A stretch of 64,000 nucleotides of DNA from Longimicrobiales bacterium (GCA_965198065.1 CBDAON010000004.1:480001-544000); one strand, 5' to 3'. Counted from the first letter of the stretch, positions 19,001 through 27,912 are shown. Translations and numbers: made by a program. The notes: a model not told the origin generated them from the letters alone.

Positions 19001-20216
19001 GCATTCCATCCTGATTTCGACCGACGTAGTAGTGCTGACCACACTCCTTGCACAGGGCGATTTCCAACGGCTCTGCGGCGGTGCCATCCCCGGCTTGGCC
19101 CTTACGGTTCAGCACCACCGCGTCCGTGCCGTCTCTGTGCACCAGAAACGCCCCCTCGAGAGCGCGCAGAAAGGCGTGGTAGCGGCGCGGAGGCCCGTCG
19201 GCCGCCGCTACTTGCAACTCGCTGAAGACGATGCTGGGCGCGGAAAAGGACTCCCCGAAGAGTTCGTTGGCGAACTCGGCGACCGCGTGTCTGTCGGCCT
19301 CGCTCTTGCCTGAGGAGAGAGTCGCGCTCGTGGCGATGCAGCGAAATGGATCCCGCCGACCCCCGTCGCGCAACCGCTGCTTGAGACGCCGGATCAGCAT
19401 GCCCATCTCCATGCCCTTGGCGCCCCGGTACTGGTGCGCTTCGTCGAGCACGATGAACTGCCAGCGCTCGCCCCGGCCACTGTCAAACAGTGGGCTATCG
19501 TCGGGGCGGATGAGCAGGTACTCCAACATCGAGTAGTTGGTGAGCAGGATGTGGGGCGGAGCCTCGCGCATCTCGTCGCGGAAGATCATTTCTCCGGGAA
19601 GGCGGTTCTCGGCCCACCAATCAGCATTACGCCACTGGTCCCGGCTGTTTTTGGGTGTCTGGCCGATGTACTGCCCGAATGTAGGCTGGAAACCCGACCC
19701 TGCCTCGCGTAAACCCCAGCCGATGTTGCCCAACCGGTCGCGTTGGTCGTTGGCGAGCGCGTTCATCGGATACAGGATCATGGCCCGAACCCCAGGCTCG
19801 CGCAGTTGGCCAGCGAGATGCTGGCGATACAGCTCGAACAGGATCGGGTACAGGAAACTCTCGGTCTTGCCGCTCGCGGTGTCGGTGGCTACCACGATGT
19901 TGCGCTGCTTCTGATGGACGGCGCGGACGGCTCGCTCCTGGTGCACATACAGCGGAGCGTCGATCAGCGCCGGAAGCAGGTCGGTGGCGGTCTCGGGAAA
20001 GCACTCCCGCGCCAGCGCACGCGCGGCCAATCCCGTGCGGAAGCTCCGAGCCGATTCCAGATAGCTGCCCTTCAGCAGGCTTTCTTCCTCTTGCAGAGCG
20101 GCCTGGAACGAGGCGCGAAGGCCGGGATCCTTGAAGAAGAACGACGTCTTCAGATAGCTTTCGTAGCGCTGGCGAATCCTCTCTGGCCACGAGCCCATGT
20201 CGTGCACGTCAGCCAT
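16014..20216 (-). CDS. Large SF2 DEAH-box helicase with several Cys clusters and C-terminal DUF1998 (DruE/DrmB/MrfA-like)
   Basis: Q-motif LYVHQ; Walker A ATDTASGKT; YPMNALANDQ; TNYSMLEY; DEAH; SAT; TFEVGVDLG; QRVGRAGR; YDNVPGGAG; CGCDSSCYGCL. Confidence 0.93.
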   Translation of the reverse strand: MADVHDMGSWPERIRQRYESYLKTSFFFKDPGLRASFQAALQEEESLLKGSYLESARSFRTGLAARALARECFPETATDLLPALIDAPLYVHQERAVRAVHQKQRNIVVATDTASGKTESFLYPILFELYRQHLAGQLREPGVRAMILYPMNALANDQRDRLGNIGWGLREAGSGFQPTFGQYIGQTPKNSRDQWRNADWWAENRLPGEMIFRDEMREAPPHILLTNYSMLEYLLIRPDDSPLFDSGRGERWQFIVLDEAHQYRGAKGMEMGMLIRRLKQRLRDGGRRDPFRCIATSATLSSGKSEADRHAVAEFANELFGESFSAPSIVFSELQVAAADGPPRRYHAFLRALEGAFLVHRDGTDAVVLNRKGQAGDGTAAEPLEIALCKECGQHYYVGRNQDGMLREAIRDPSHSDFGVDYYLPAEDGGQLLCRRCGALSGSPPACECGATVRVRRCENHKDHADQMKRCEACQYRRGGIGDPIQEIVHGSDGPNAVIATALHELLPEPRRKVLAFADSRQEAAFFAWYAENSYEKLRDRNLILRAIKAGPVDRGGMSISDLQSRLLVQWERAGLLKASDTSEDRNRKVLTAILREAVTDERRLSLSGVGLVKWFVAIPDSLRLPQSMLHPPWSFQEEEARGLIGYLLDELRPRRAMNLPPRPSLAWSDVSPWPQQAYCKGPPGRRRGVLQWGGPQSAVVSHFLDRLLADSGLSAEQKRSESTGLMDEVWTALRHDPDDPILSRGTANGTFRIDPVWLRIKPAHPAAVWECGTCATLSTYNIRGVCPRNGCPGDLTPANQERLQENHYRILYDDLDLPPALSAEEHTAQIDSDEARRLQDRFKKGKIHLLSSSTTFEVGVDLGDLDVVFLRNVPPEPFNYTQRVGRAGRAATPGLALTYCRRNPHDLYHYEDPEHRVIRGAVHPPRLRLTNEKIVLRHMVATALSAFFRFGSNAMRFNRVQDLVGDWQSPRATLDLRAFCENNSALAASLREIVPKLLHKSTGLAADTWTEQVAGSDSRLAAVEMEVCSDYVDMERHRQDLFNRRKGTNRVEARMKTIAGEQTLNFLSRKAVIPKYGFPVDVVELDTRPQDGNRTGVALQRDLSQAIAEYAPGGKVVARKLEWESCGVKKVSGKEWPVRHYRYDDARSFKQWNEGDPTAPPNVRKYLIPEFGFVTPLFKQPKEPHGRARRLYTTRPFFRGFDDDDLPETTYLSGVQVTKAQPGTLVILCEGRKREGFLICRSCGAHMTEPKATHNSPSDSPCSGTLGRFSLGHELVTDVVRLQFSGLHGEWAAYSVAYAMLLGAAETLDVPDTDLNVTIAVGTNPGESAIVLYDNVPGGAGLVAQMEQEILFDEILANARQRVQGNCGCDSSCYGCLRSYRNQFAHPYLDRRYALEGIV

Positions 20217-22236
20217 TGGACACTTTCCGAAGGTTCTTCACGTTGGCCGGATGCACGCTGCGTCGACGTCTGTCGATCCTGATCGACCTTCGCGCTGCCT
20301 CGGTCGCGCTCAAGCCGATTGCGCGCAACTCTCCGCCGCTGAAGCCCTTGCCGGGTCGCCAGCCGCCACCCCCTCGCAGAACCTTGGCGACCGGTTGGCG
20401 GAACGCGGGGCGGACCAATGGCTTCGATATCGCTATAATTGCCGGCGGCGGGTCGGCGGGAATCCGGACCAAGGTCAGCGGCTTCTGACCGCGTCGGTCG
20501 TTGGACTGATCAAATCGGACGGTGAACAGGGCATCCTCGGTCAGGCGATGGTCGATCTGGACATGATCGACGAAGTGGGCTAGAGGCAATGTGAACTCAT
20601 CTTCCCTCCTCGTGTACTTGAGCCCCGGCTCGTCACCGAACCCCACGACAACCGACCTGATTGGCTTCGGTGATCGCAACCGCAGTATCTGGTTCGAGTC
20701 AGCGCGTTCCCGGAAATCGTGGCGCGTCATCTTGAACGGTGTGCTGCACCACTCGCCATCCCATTCGGTGCCTTCTCGCTCCATCCGCCACCAGATGCGC
20801 GGCAAATGCAAGGCGATGTCCACGCGACCGCCGTCGGCTTCTAGCGCACACGAAATCTCATCCACGTCGGGGTGCGGCTCGGCGATCAGACCGCCCATCC
20901 CGTCCTCCACGCCCGCCGCTCCTGGCGGCAGGGTGGCGTGGACTGGTACGCCATCGGCGCCGATGAACCGCACCGTTGTCGACGGATGGCCTGTCGCGGT
21001 CGGCACGAGCAGCGTGTCTCCGGAGTAAGGCTCTCCATTCAACCGAATCTCTCGAAGACCGCGCAGGTATCGGAACTGGGCACCATCCAGCATTGCCCCT
21101 TGCTCATCGTAGACGCGAAGGAAGAAGCGACCCTGCCGAGCGTCCATGACTTCGGCAAGGGTGCGCTCGGACGGTTTGAAATTACAGCCCTTCCAGCCGT
21201 GTGCGCCTTCCTCTCCGACCCGCGCCCAAACCACTCGGTCCGCATGACTCAGTCGCGGAGGAGTTCCCACGAATAGGTCACCCTCCTCGGAATCGTCGAA
21301 GACACGCTTTCCGCTCAACTTGAATCCGGGTGCGCTCGAGTCGATCTCACGCCCCGAAAAGCCGCCTTGCTCTTCCGTGGACTCGCTACCGTCCCGGAAG
21401 AAATAGTGCGCCATGAACGCCGAGTCGGAGCAGCCATCGGGTTCAACGGGCACATGACCCGAACGAACCAACTCCACCGGCGCGACCACGATGAAGTGGC
21501 CTTTCGTGAGACGGGTGATCTTGCGGCCATCCCCGGTCCAATCTTTGTTCAGCTTGAAGATCAGTGGGCTCTTGTCGAACAGGGAAACGTCGATCGGTGG
21601 GCCTTGCTCGAAGTCGATGGACAGGCGACCGGCGAACGACGTGAGAAGCCACCCTCCGTTCCCCAGGCTGAGCGGCTCACCGTTCTGCTTCACAGCTGCA
21701 ATTCGGGATTCTTCATCTGCGGAGAGCAGTACTTCCCACCGCACTGAACCCCAAGGTCTACGGCAGATAAGCTCCGGACGGGGCTTGGACGTTGGACGTC
21801 CTACACGAGTTCCTCCTCTTTCGTTTTCAATTACGGCTTTGGTCTGCGTCGGTCCGTCTCGTCTTCCTGTAATACTTCGGGGAGGTCGAAGCTCCGGCCC
21901 CTTGCCTTCCTTCCGCCGCTTCGAGGGAGCCGAGCTCTCGCCATCGGTCTTGCGATCATGCCCGTTGGCATCGCTCTTGCCGTCAGGAGTGGATCCGCCA
22001 TCGTTGGGTGAAGCACGAGAAGGCGAATTTCCTATTGCGAGTGGGCTTTCCGGCAGTGCCGGAGGCGATGTCGCCGATGGGCTTTCGCAGCTGGTCGACG
22101 GTGCTTGAGGCTCGGCAGACTCCGTCACGCCCTCATCGTCTGTGCTGTGAGAGGTCCAACGGAACAGCACGCGGCACAATAGGCGGCGCATCCACTTCCT
22201 GCCCTTTGCGAATACCCTTCTCAACACGTCACGCAA
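20209..22236 (-). CDS. Uncharacterised helicase-partner protein with a C-terminal ribosomal eL13(L13e)-like domain
   Basis: 675-aa ORF whose stop overlaps the helicase ATG by 8 nt; disordered N-terminus; beta-rich-looking middle; C-terminal RPGKGFSGGELRAIGL...IRIDRRRRSVHPANVKNLR; start may be the ATG at 22191. Confidence 0.8.
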   Translation of the reverse strand: MRDVLRRVFAKGRKWMRRLLCRVLFRWTSHSTDDEGVTESAEPQAPSTSCESPSATSPPALPESPLAIGNSPSRASPNDGGSTPDGKSDANGHDRKTDGESSAPSKRRKEGKGPELRPPRSITGRRDGPTQTKAVIENERGGTRVGRPTSKPRPELICRRPWGSVRWEVLLSADEESRIAAVKQNGEPLSLGNGGWLLTSFAGRLSIDFEQGPPIDVSLFDKSPLIFKLNKDWTGDGRKITRLTKGHFIVVAPVELVRSGHVPVEPDGCSDSAFMAHYFFRDGSESTEEQGGFSGREIDSSAPGFKLSGKRVFDDSEEGDLFVGTPPRLSHADRVVWARVGEEGAHGWKGCNFKPSERTLAEVMDARQGRFFLRVYDEQGAMLDGAQFRYLRGLREIRLNGEPYSGDTLLVPTATGHPSTTVRFIGADGVPVHATLPPGAAGVEDGMGGLIAEPHPDVDEISCALEADGGRVDIALHLPRIWWRMEREGTEWDGEWCSTPFKMTRHDFRERADSNQILRLRSPKPIRSVVVGFGDEPGLKYTRREDEFTLPLAHFVDHVQIDHRLTEDALFTVRFDQSNDRRGQKPLTLVRIPADPPPAIIAISKPLVRPAFRQPVAKVLRGGGGWRPGKGFSGGELRAIGLSATEAARRSIRIDRRRRSVHPANVKNLRKVSNG

Positions 22237-22426
22237 GCTCCACGACTTAACTGACCTCCTCCTTGACCAAACCCGGAAGCGTGGCCACGAAAACCGAAAG
22301 CATGCGAGAAATAGTTGGAGGTCTGGACGGCCGCAACTGGCGAATGCCGTTCCAGATCGATACGACTGACCCGCCCGACGCCCGCCAGCTTGGGAGCGGG
22401 AGCGCCGATCCCCTGGAGAAGAGTCT

Positions 22427-22534
22427 GTTCAGCTTGGCTACATGCTCCTCATAGCGCGCTACGGATCGGCGGCGGACGTCGAACACCTCGAAGAAACCGT
22501 TGTAGAAACTCTGAGTCTCGCCCTTCTCGTATGC
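22427..22534 (-). pseudogene. Relic of an MmeI-like (type IIL) RM enzyme N-terminus
   Basis: AYEKGETQSFYNGFFEVFDVRRRSVARYEEHVAKLN matches the recalled MmeI-family N-terminal motif; no rest of gene. Confidence 0.6.
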
Positions 22535-23364
22535 TGGCAGAGGTGCGGGGTGTATCCCGCATGGTCACCGGACCCGGTGGGGTCCGGCCTGGAGCACGGC
22601 AGCGAATCGGCCGAAGTGAGGCTGGCCTCGTGGGCCCGGAAGATCACGGCTCTCCGGGGCTCTCAGCGGCCCGGCTTCAGCTACGAAGCCGAGCCGGGTC
22701 GCGGGGTCACATGAGCTCTCAAAGAGGCCCGCCTAGACGCGTCGGTAGGTAGTTGGCGACACGAGCCGGATCACAGCCAAGGGAGGACTCGCCGATAGGA
22801 AGACGCAGGCCGAAGCCACGCGCCAGGAAACCGGCGGTTGAACAAGGGCGACGACCCTGTCCGTGCCGATGTCTTGGCGGCCGCTGTACCTCCACATGTG
22901 TTAATCGCGGATGACGACGGGTCGCCTGTTCCAGGGAAGTCTCTTCGCCGAGGACTTTCTTCGCGACGCGATCACAGAACTTGACGAGTGGCAAGACCTC
23001 CCCGACGCAGCGCTCGGGGATCTCGAGGGTGCTTCCATGAGGCGCCTGCACGACTCACCCAAGCCCCACTCCACCCCATAGCTTCAACCGTCAACCCACA
23101 ACTCCAGCGCCGCTATGGACCTCTGCTCCCACAGGGTGATCGACACCGGTGGAATACGGAGTGGCGGCCCAAGACCGCGAGAAACCGATACCGAACATCG
23201 ACGCGGTGGTGCTGTCCGGTGGTAGCGCGTATGGCTTAAGCGTCGACGGACGTGGTGATGCAGTATCCCGCGAGTCTGGTTTCCGGAATGCGCTACCTAC
23301 GCAACACTATGCAATTTGAGTACATTGTAATGTTCGGTATGTCTTCGGTTGCCGGAGGTGATCC

Positions 23365-24138
23365 GTGGCCCAGCAGACGGGAATCGAGTGGACAGACGCG
23401 ACATGGAACCCCGTCACTGGGTGCACTCGTGTAACAGAAGGGTGTGACAATTGCTACGCTGCCACCCTCGCCGCCCGACTACTTCGACAGGCTTACTTGG
23501 AGCGGGCCCCTGTGATCGACTCGGATATCACCCGGCGAGATCCATTCGCCGTTCGGCTGTGGCCTGAACGGTTATCCCAGCCTCTGAAGTGGCAGGATCC
23601 ACGGGTGATCTTCGTCAACAGCATGAGTGATGTGTTCCATGCCGACATCCCCACTGACTTCCTGCGCCAGACATTCGAGGTCATGCTCGAAGCCAATTGG
23701 CATACCTATCAGGTGCTAACAAAGCGTCCATCACGAGCCGCTCGATTCTGGCGCGAGAATTCAGACCTGTTCGGAGGTGACCCGATTCCCAGCCATATCT
23801 GGATCGGGACATCCGTAGAGCATCAAGATGTGGCCTACCGAGTTGGTCACCTCCGACAAGTACCTGCATGGGTCCGCTTCCTCTCCTGTGAGCCCTTGAT
23901 CGGACCGATTGAGCTGGATCTAAACGATATCGGATGGGTCATCGCTGGCGGGGAGAGTGGACCGGTCCGCCGACCCATGGAGCCTGCCTGGGCCCTGTCG
24001 ATCCGTGACCAGTGTCGCACTGCAGGTGTTCCATTTTTCTTCAAGCAGTGGGGTGGCCGCACGCCCAAGGCCGGCGGCAGGGAGTTGGACGGGAAGCATT
24101 GGGACGAGATGCCAGTGGTAGCGACTGCTGGCAAGTGA
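23365..24138 (+). CDS. DUF5131 / phage Gp37-Gp68 family protein (three-Cys motif)
   Basis: IEWTDATWNPVTGC......C..CYA; FVNSMSDVFH; LTKRP; FLSCEPL; GGESG; FFFKQWGG. Confidence 0.93.
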   Translation: MAQQTGIEWTDATWNPVTGCTRVTEGCDNCYAATLAARLLRQAYLERAPVIDSDITRRDPFAVRLWPERLSQPLKWQDPRVIFVNSMSDVFHADIPTDFLRQTFEVMLEANWHTYQVLTKRPSRAARFWRENSDLFGGDPIPSHIWIGTSVEHQDVAYRVGHLRQVPAWVRFLSCEPLIGPIELDLNDIGWVIAGGESGPVRRPMEPAWALSIRDQCRTAGVPFFFKQWGGRTPKAGGRELDGKHWDEMPVVATAGK

Positions 24139-24146
24139 GATGACGG

Positions 24147-25007
24147 TTGTCTGATTACAACTTTCTCGCAGGACTCACAGACGACGGGCTCTACACTCCC
24201 ACGATCAAGTGTCATTCGTTGCACAAGATCCAACTCCACAACTACTACGTGGAGTTGTTCAGTACCTCGATGAAGAGACAATGGCCCCAGCGGGCCTACC
24301 TCGGTCTCTGCTCTGGAGCGGGCCGGGCGAGAGTCGAGGAGACCGACGAAATAGTCGAGACGACGGCGATGTCCGCGGTTCGGGTTCAACATCCTTTCAC
24401 GAAGTACGTCTTCGTGGATAACGACCTCCGGTGCATTGAAGCCCTGAAGGGGCGGATTGCTGCATTGCCGGGCGAGCACGACTTCACGCTTCTCCTCGAA
24501 GACGTCAATTTAGCCGGAGAGAAGATCGTTGAGGCTATGCCAAGCTACAGTTCTGACCACAAGCTACTGTCCTTTTGCTTCATCGACCCTTTTTCTGCCG
24601 ACCTCAATTTCGACGTGATTAAGACCCTCGGGACCCGCTATCAGATGGACTTTCTTATCGTCCTGATGCTGGGTAGAGATGTCCGAACCAACTTCCGTCG
24701 ATACCTATCAGACCCGAGCGACACCAGAATCGCCTCTCTGATCGATGATCCAGATTGGCGGGAAGGGTGGGCTGGCAAGGGCCATGGGAGTCGGGGCTTA
24801 ATACGGTTTATTCTGGAAAAGTTCGACGAGGCGATGACTGGAATCGGTTATCGGGCTGCTCAACCAGATGACGCGCACCCGATCAGAGTTTTTGGAAAGA
24901 ACGTCTTCCTCTATTCATTGGTCTTCTATAGCAAGAATCCGCTCGGCCAGAAGTTCTGGCAGGCCACTCGTCGCGGGACCCATCCACAGATGACCCTCGG
25001 CATCTAA
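24147..25007 (+). CDS. tcmP: Three-Cys-motif partner protein (TcmP-like, methyltransferase-type fold)
   Basis: Adjacent to DUF5131; HS..K...Y, YLGLCSGAG (degenerate motif I), FCFIDPF, LYSLVFYSKNPLG..FW. Confidence 0.78.
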   Translation: MSDYNFLAGLTDDGLYTPTIKCHSLHKIQLHNYYVELFSTSMKRQWPQRAYLGLCSGAGRARVEETDEIVETTAMSAVRVQHPFTKYVFVDNDLRCIEALKGRIAALPGEHDFTLLLEDVNLAGEKIVEAMPSYSSDHKLLSFCFIDPFSADLNFDVIKTLGTRYQMDFLIVLMLGRDVRTNFRRYLSDPSDTRIASLIDDPDWREGWAGKGHGSRGLIRFILEKFDEAMTGIGYRAAQPDDAHPIRVFGKNVFLYSLVFYSKNPLGQKFWQATRRGTHPQMTLGI

Positions 25008-25164
25008 AGAGAGTGGCCCAGAATCATCCCAGACGGTCCCGGCTCCACCGCGTTGCTCCCTAACTGGTGGTCGACGACCTGATGCGAGCTTTCCGGTACG
25101 GCGGATCCCGTTCCCTGGCGTCTCTTCGAGCCGCAGGAGTCGCTCGTGCTTCGTTGTCAGGCGT

Positions 25165-25300
25165 GCGCCGTCCAGATGAGGTCACGCGCGCCGACGTGAT
25201 CGAGATCCTCACTCCGATCTGGCACACCAAGGCGCCCACGGCCCAGTGTGTACATCACCGCACCCGAACTGTGTTAGAATGGGCCGTGGCGATGGAGCTA
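25165..25300 (+). pseudogene. Relic of a P4-type integrase (core-binding region), convergent with the intact integrase
   Basis: DEVTRADVIEILTPIWHTKAPTA...RTVLEWAVAMELR versus SEVTSADVIGILAPIWHDMPPTA...RAVMEWAVAMGLR. Confidence 0.75.
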
Positions 25301-26512
25301 CGTGCCCTTCGGTTCTTGACGCTCGCCAGCCAGGTAGCTCGCCCAGTCCTCCATGAGTCGGCGCCGCCGCTCGAACAGGTCCGTGCGCCGATAGGCGGCC
25401 TCGACCTTGTTCTGGACGACATGCGCCAGCGCCGCCTCCACGACCTCGCGGGGATGATCCGTATCTTCGGCCGCCCAGTCCCGGAAACTCGACCGGAACC
25501 CGTGCGGCACAGCCGCGATCTTTAACTCCCTGAGCAGTTCCGACAGCGCTGTGGTCGCAATGGGGTTTCTGCGCAGGCCTGGAAACACGAGCGGGCTGCC
25601 GCGATCGAGCGCCCGCGCCTCCTCGAGGATCTCCAGCGCACGCCGGCACAGCGGGACCCGGTGCTCGCGCGCCGCCTTCGTGCGTCGGGCCGGGATGATC
25701 CACGCACCCTCGCCCCGGTCGATCTCCGTCCAGAGCGCCCCACGCACCTCGCCGGAGCGTGTCGCCGTCAGCACCAGGAACTCGAATGCCAGCTTCACGA
25801 CCGGCCGCGCGTTCGACCTCCGCACCGTCTCGATCGCCGCCGACACCTGGCCGTGCGGCAACGCCCGCATGTGTCGAACGACGCCCCCCTGCGAACCGAG
25901 CACCGGGCCGATCCGGTCGCACGGGTTGTCGGGCCGGAGACCCATCGCCACCGCCCACTCCATGACCGCGCGGATGCGCTGGCGCAACTTCCGGGCCGTG
26001 GGCGGCATGTCGTGCCAGATCGGAGCGAGGATCCCGATCACGTCGGCGCTCGTCACCTCCGAAATTGGCATCTTCCCGATGCGAGGAACAGCGTAGCGCT
26101 CCAGGCTGCTCAGCCAGAGCTGCGCATGCTGGGGGGAGCGCCAGCCCGGCCGCAGCTGGTTCCAGACCTGCCGGGTCGCGTCCGCGAAGGTGGGCGTCGA
26201 CTCGACCCGCCGCTTCTCCGACAGGGGATCGCCTCGCTCGCGGGCGAGCTTCCGGTTGGCGAACGCCTTCTCTCGGGCTTCCTTCAGCGAGACCAGGGGG
26301 AATCCGCCGAGCCCGAGCTCGGTTCGGCGGCCGCGGATCGTGAGGCGCTGGATCCAGCCCCGGCTGCCCGAGGGCCGCACATCGAGATAGAGGCCCTGGC
26401 CGTCACAATAGCGTCCGGCCTGGCTCACGTTGCGCACGAAGGCAGGCGTCAGGGCGTTGTTGGGATGCCGTCTGCGCGGCTTGCGTTGCGGGGGTCGCTT
26501 GGGGGGTGTCAT
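25298..26512 (-). CDS. P4-type tyrosine integrase with arm-DNA-binding domain
   Basis: DGQGLYL...W.QR...ELGLG.FP.VSL; catalytic R (TATRSGE), K, HGFR, LAH, Y (AAYRR). Confidence 0.95.
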   Translation of the reverse strand: MTPPKRPPQRKPRRRHPNNALTPAFVRNVSQAGRYCDGQGLYLDVRPSGSRGWIQRLTIRGRRTELGLGGFPLVSLKEAREKAFANRKLARERGDPLSEKRRVESTPTFADATRQVWNQLRPGWRSPQHAQLWLSSLERYAVPRIGKMPISEVTSADVIGILAPIWHDMPPTARKLRQRIRAVMEWAVAMGLRPDNPCDRIGPVLGSQGGVVRHMRALPHGQVSAAIETVRRSNARPVVKLAFEFLVLTATRSGEVRGALWTEIDRGEGAWIIPARRTKAAREHRVPLCRRALEILEEARALDRGSPLVFPGLRRNPIATTALSELLRELKIAAVPHGFRSSFRDWAAEDTDHPREVVEAALAHVVQNKVEAAYRRTDLFERRRRLMEDWASYLAGERQEPKGT

Positions 26513-26698
26513 ACCTACCAATATATCCACCACAGATTAGCGGATGCAAGGGTATGGAGCGGATCGGTATGGGACAGGAGAGATCCTTATGCATCGTGAT
26601 AAGTCAATATAAACAAGTCAGTTATATGCGTTATGGGACTTGGCTGGACGAGATGGCTATTCCCAATATGGCTGCCCTCCGGGAAGGGTGCCAGCGCG

Positions 26699-27419
26699 AT
26701 GCTGAAACCCGCGACGCTCGTACTCGTGGGCCTCGCTTCGGCGGCCGCCATCGCTCACGCGTTCCGGGCGCCGTTCCCCGGCCCCGGCGGCAACCCGGTG
26801 CTGGACTTGATCGCCTACCACGATCCGGGCTTCCACACGGTGATCCGAGTCTGGTACTACGTGGCGCCCGCCGTCGCCGTGGTGCTCTTCGGCAGCCTCG
26901 GCCTCTCGGTCTGGAGAGTCTGGCTGCAGCCCCGGGCGGGAGGAGGGCGCAGGGGCACGTTGCCACCCTGGCCCGCCTCGCCCGAGGACGAGGCGCCATC
27001 GCTGGTGATCGGCGAGCTCCACCATACCGTCGTCCCGCGAGAGAGAGAGCGGCCGTCCTGGCTCGTCGTTCCCGAGACGGGGCTGTATACGGGCGTGCTC
27101 ATCGTCGGGGCCGTCGGCTCCGGCAAGACATCGGCCTGCATGTATCCGTTCGCGCAGCAGCTCCTCTCCTGGCAGGCCGACCGGCCCGGGCGCCGGGCCA
27201 GCGCCCTGGTGCTAGAGGTCAAGGGCGACTTCTGCCATGACGTGCGCCGGATCCTCGAAGGCGCCGGGCGCGGGGACGACTACCTGGAGATCGGCCTCGG
27301 CGGCGCCTGGCAGTGGAACCCACTCGACGATCCGCTGCTCGACACCTATTCGCTCGCCTACAGCGTCGCCTCCCTGATCAACCAGCTCTTCGGCAAGAGC
27401 CGAGAACCGTTCTGGCAGC
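26699..27419 (+). pseudogene. Truncated type IV coupling protein (TraD/VirD4-like)
   Basis: N-terminal TM segments; Walker A GAVGSGKT; LEVKGD; WNPL; PFW, then replaced by IS3 sequence. Confidence 0.8.
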
Positions 27420-27607
27420 GACGACAACCCCTTCTCGGAGGCGCACTTCAAGACCGTCAAATACCACCCCAACCTGAACGCTTCGTGCAGGGGATCCCCA
27501 CGCCCCAGCCTCTCCCAACGGAGGTCTGGATCAATCCACCAGCTGCGGCTCCAACACCGCAGCCTGCTCACTAATTTATGACTCCGGGTGTCTCATTGCT
27601 GTTGACA
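27420..27607 (+). mobile_element. Internally deleted right end of a different IS3-family element
   Basis: DDNPFSEAHFKTVKYHP joined to PERFVQG.P.P..LPT.VWINPP*, followed by an end-like ...GTGTCTCATTGCTGTTGACA. Confidence 0.65.
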
Positions 27608-27612
27608 GGTTC

Positions 27613-27790
27613 CGTCGGGATCGATATGGCAAAGCGCAGCTTTCCAGTACACGGGGCGAAGGCGGACGGGTCGGTAGCATATCGGAGGAAGCTGAGCCGG
27701 GGAAAGTTGCTGAATTTCCTCGCCTCGCAGCGGCCCTGCACGGTGGCGATGGAGGCGTGTGCGAGCGCCCACTACTGGGGCCGACAGATT
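27613..27790 (+). pseudogene. IS110-family transposase N-terminal fragment
   Basis: VGIDMAKRSF.VHG...RRKLSR...TVAMEACASAHYWGR. Confidence 0.8.
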
Positions 27791-27912
27791 GTAAGGCACG
27801 GAGCAAGAACCGAGATGGCAATCGGTCGAGACCCCGTGTATTCTGCGAGTAATGCCACAGTCCAGCCCCTGGAATCACATTAGGTGATCGCTATGGCCCC
27901 TTGGGAAATCCG

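Noticed and set aside
23100..23275. Possible DmpA/S58 peptidase relic (IDAVVLSGGSAYGL)
   Set aside because: Too short and fragmented to list as a feature
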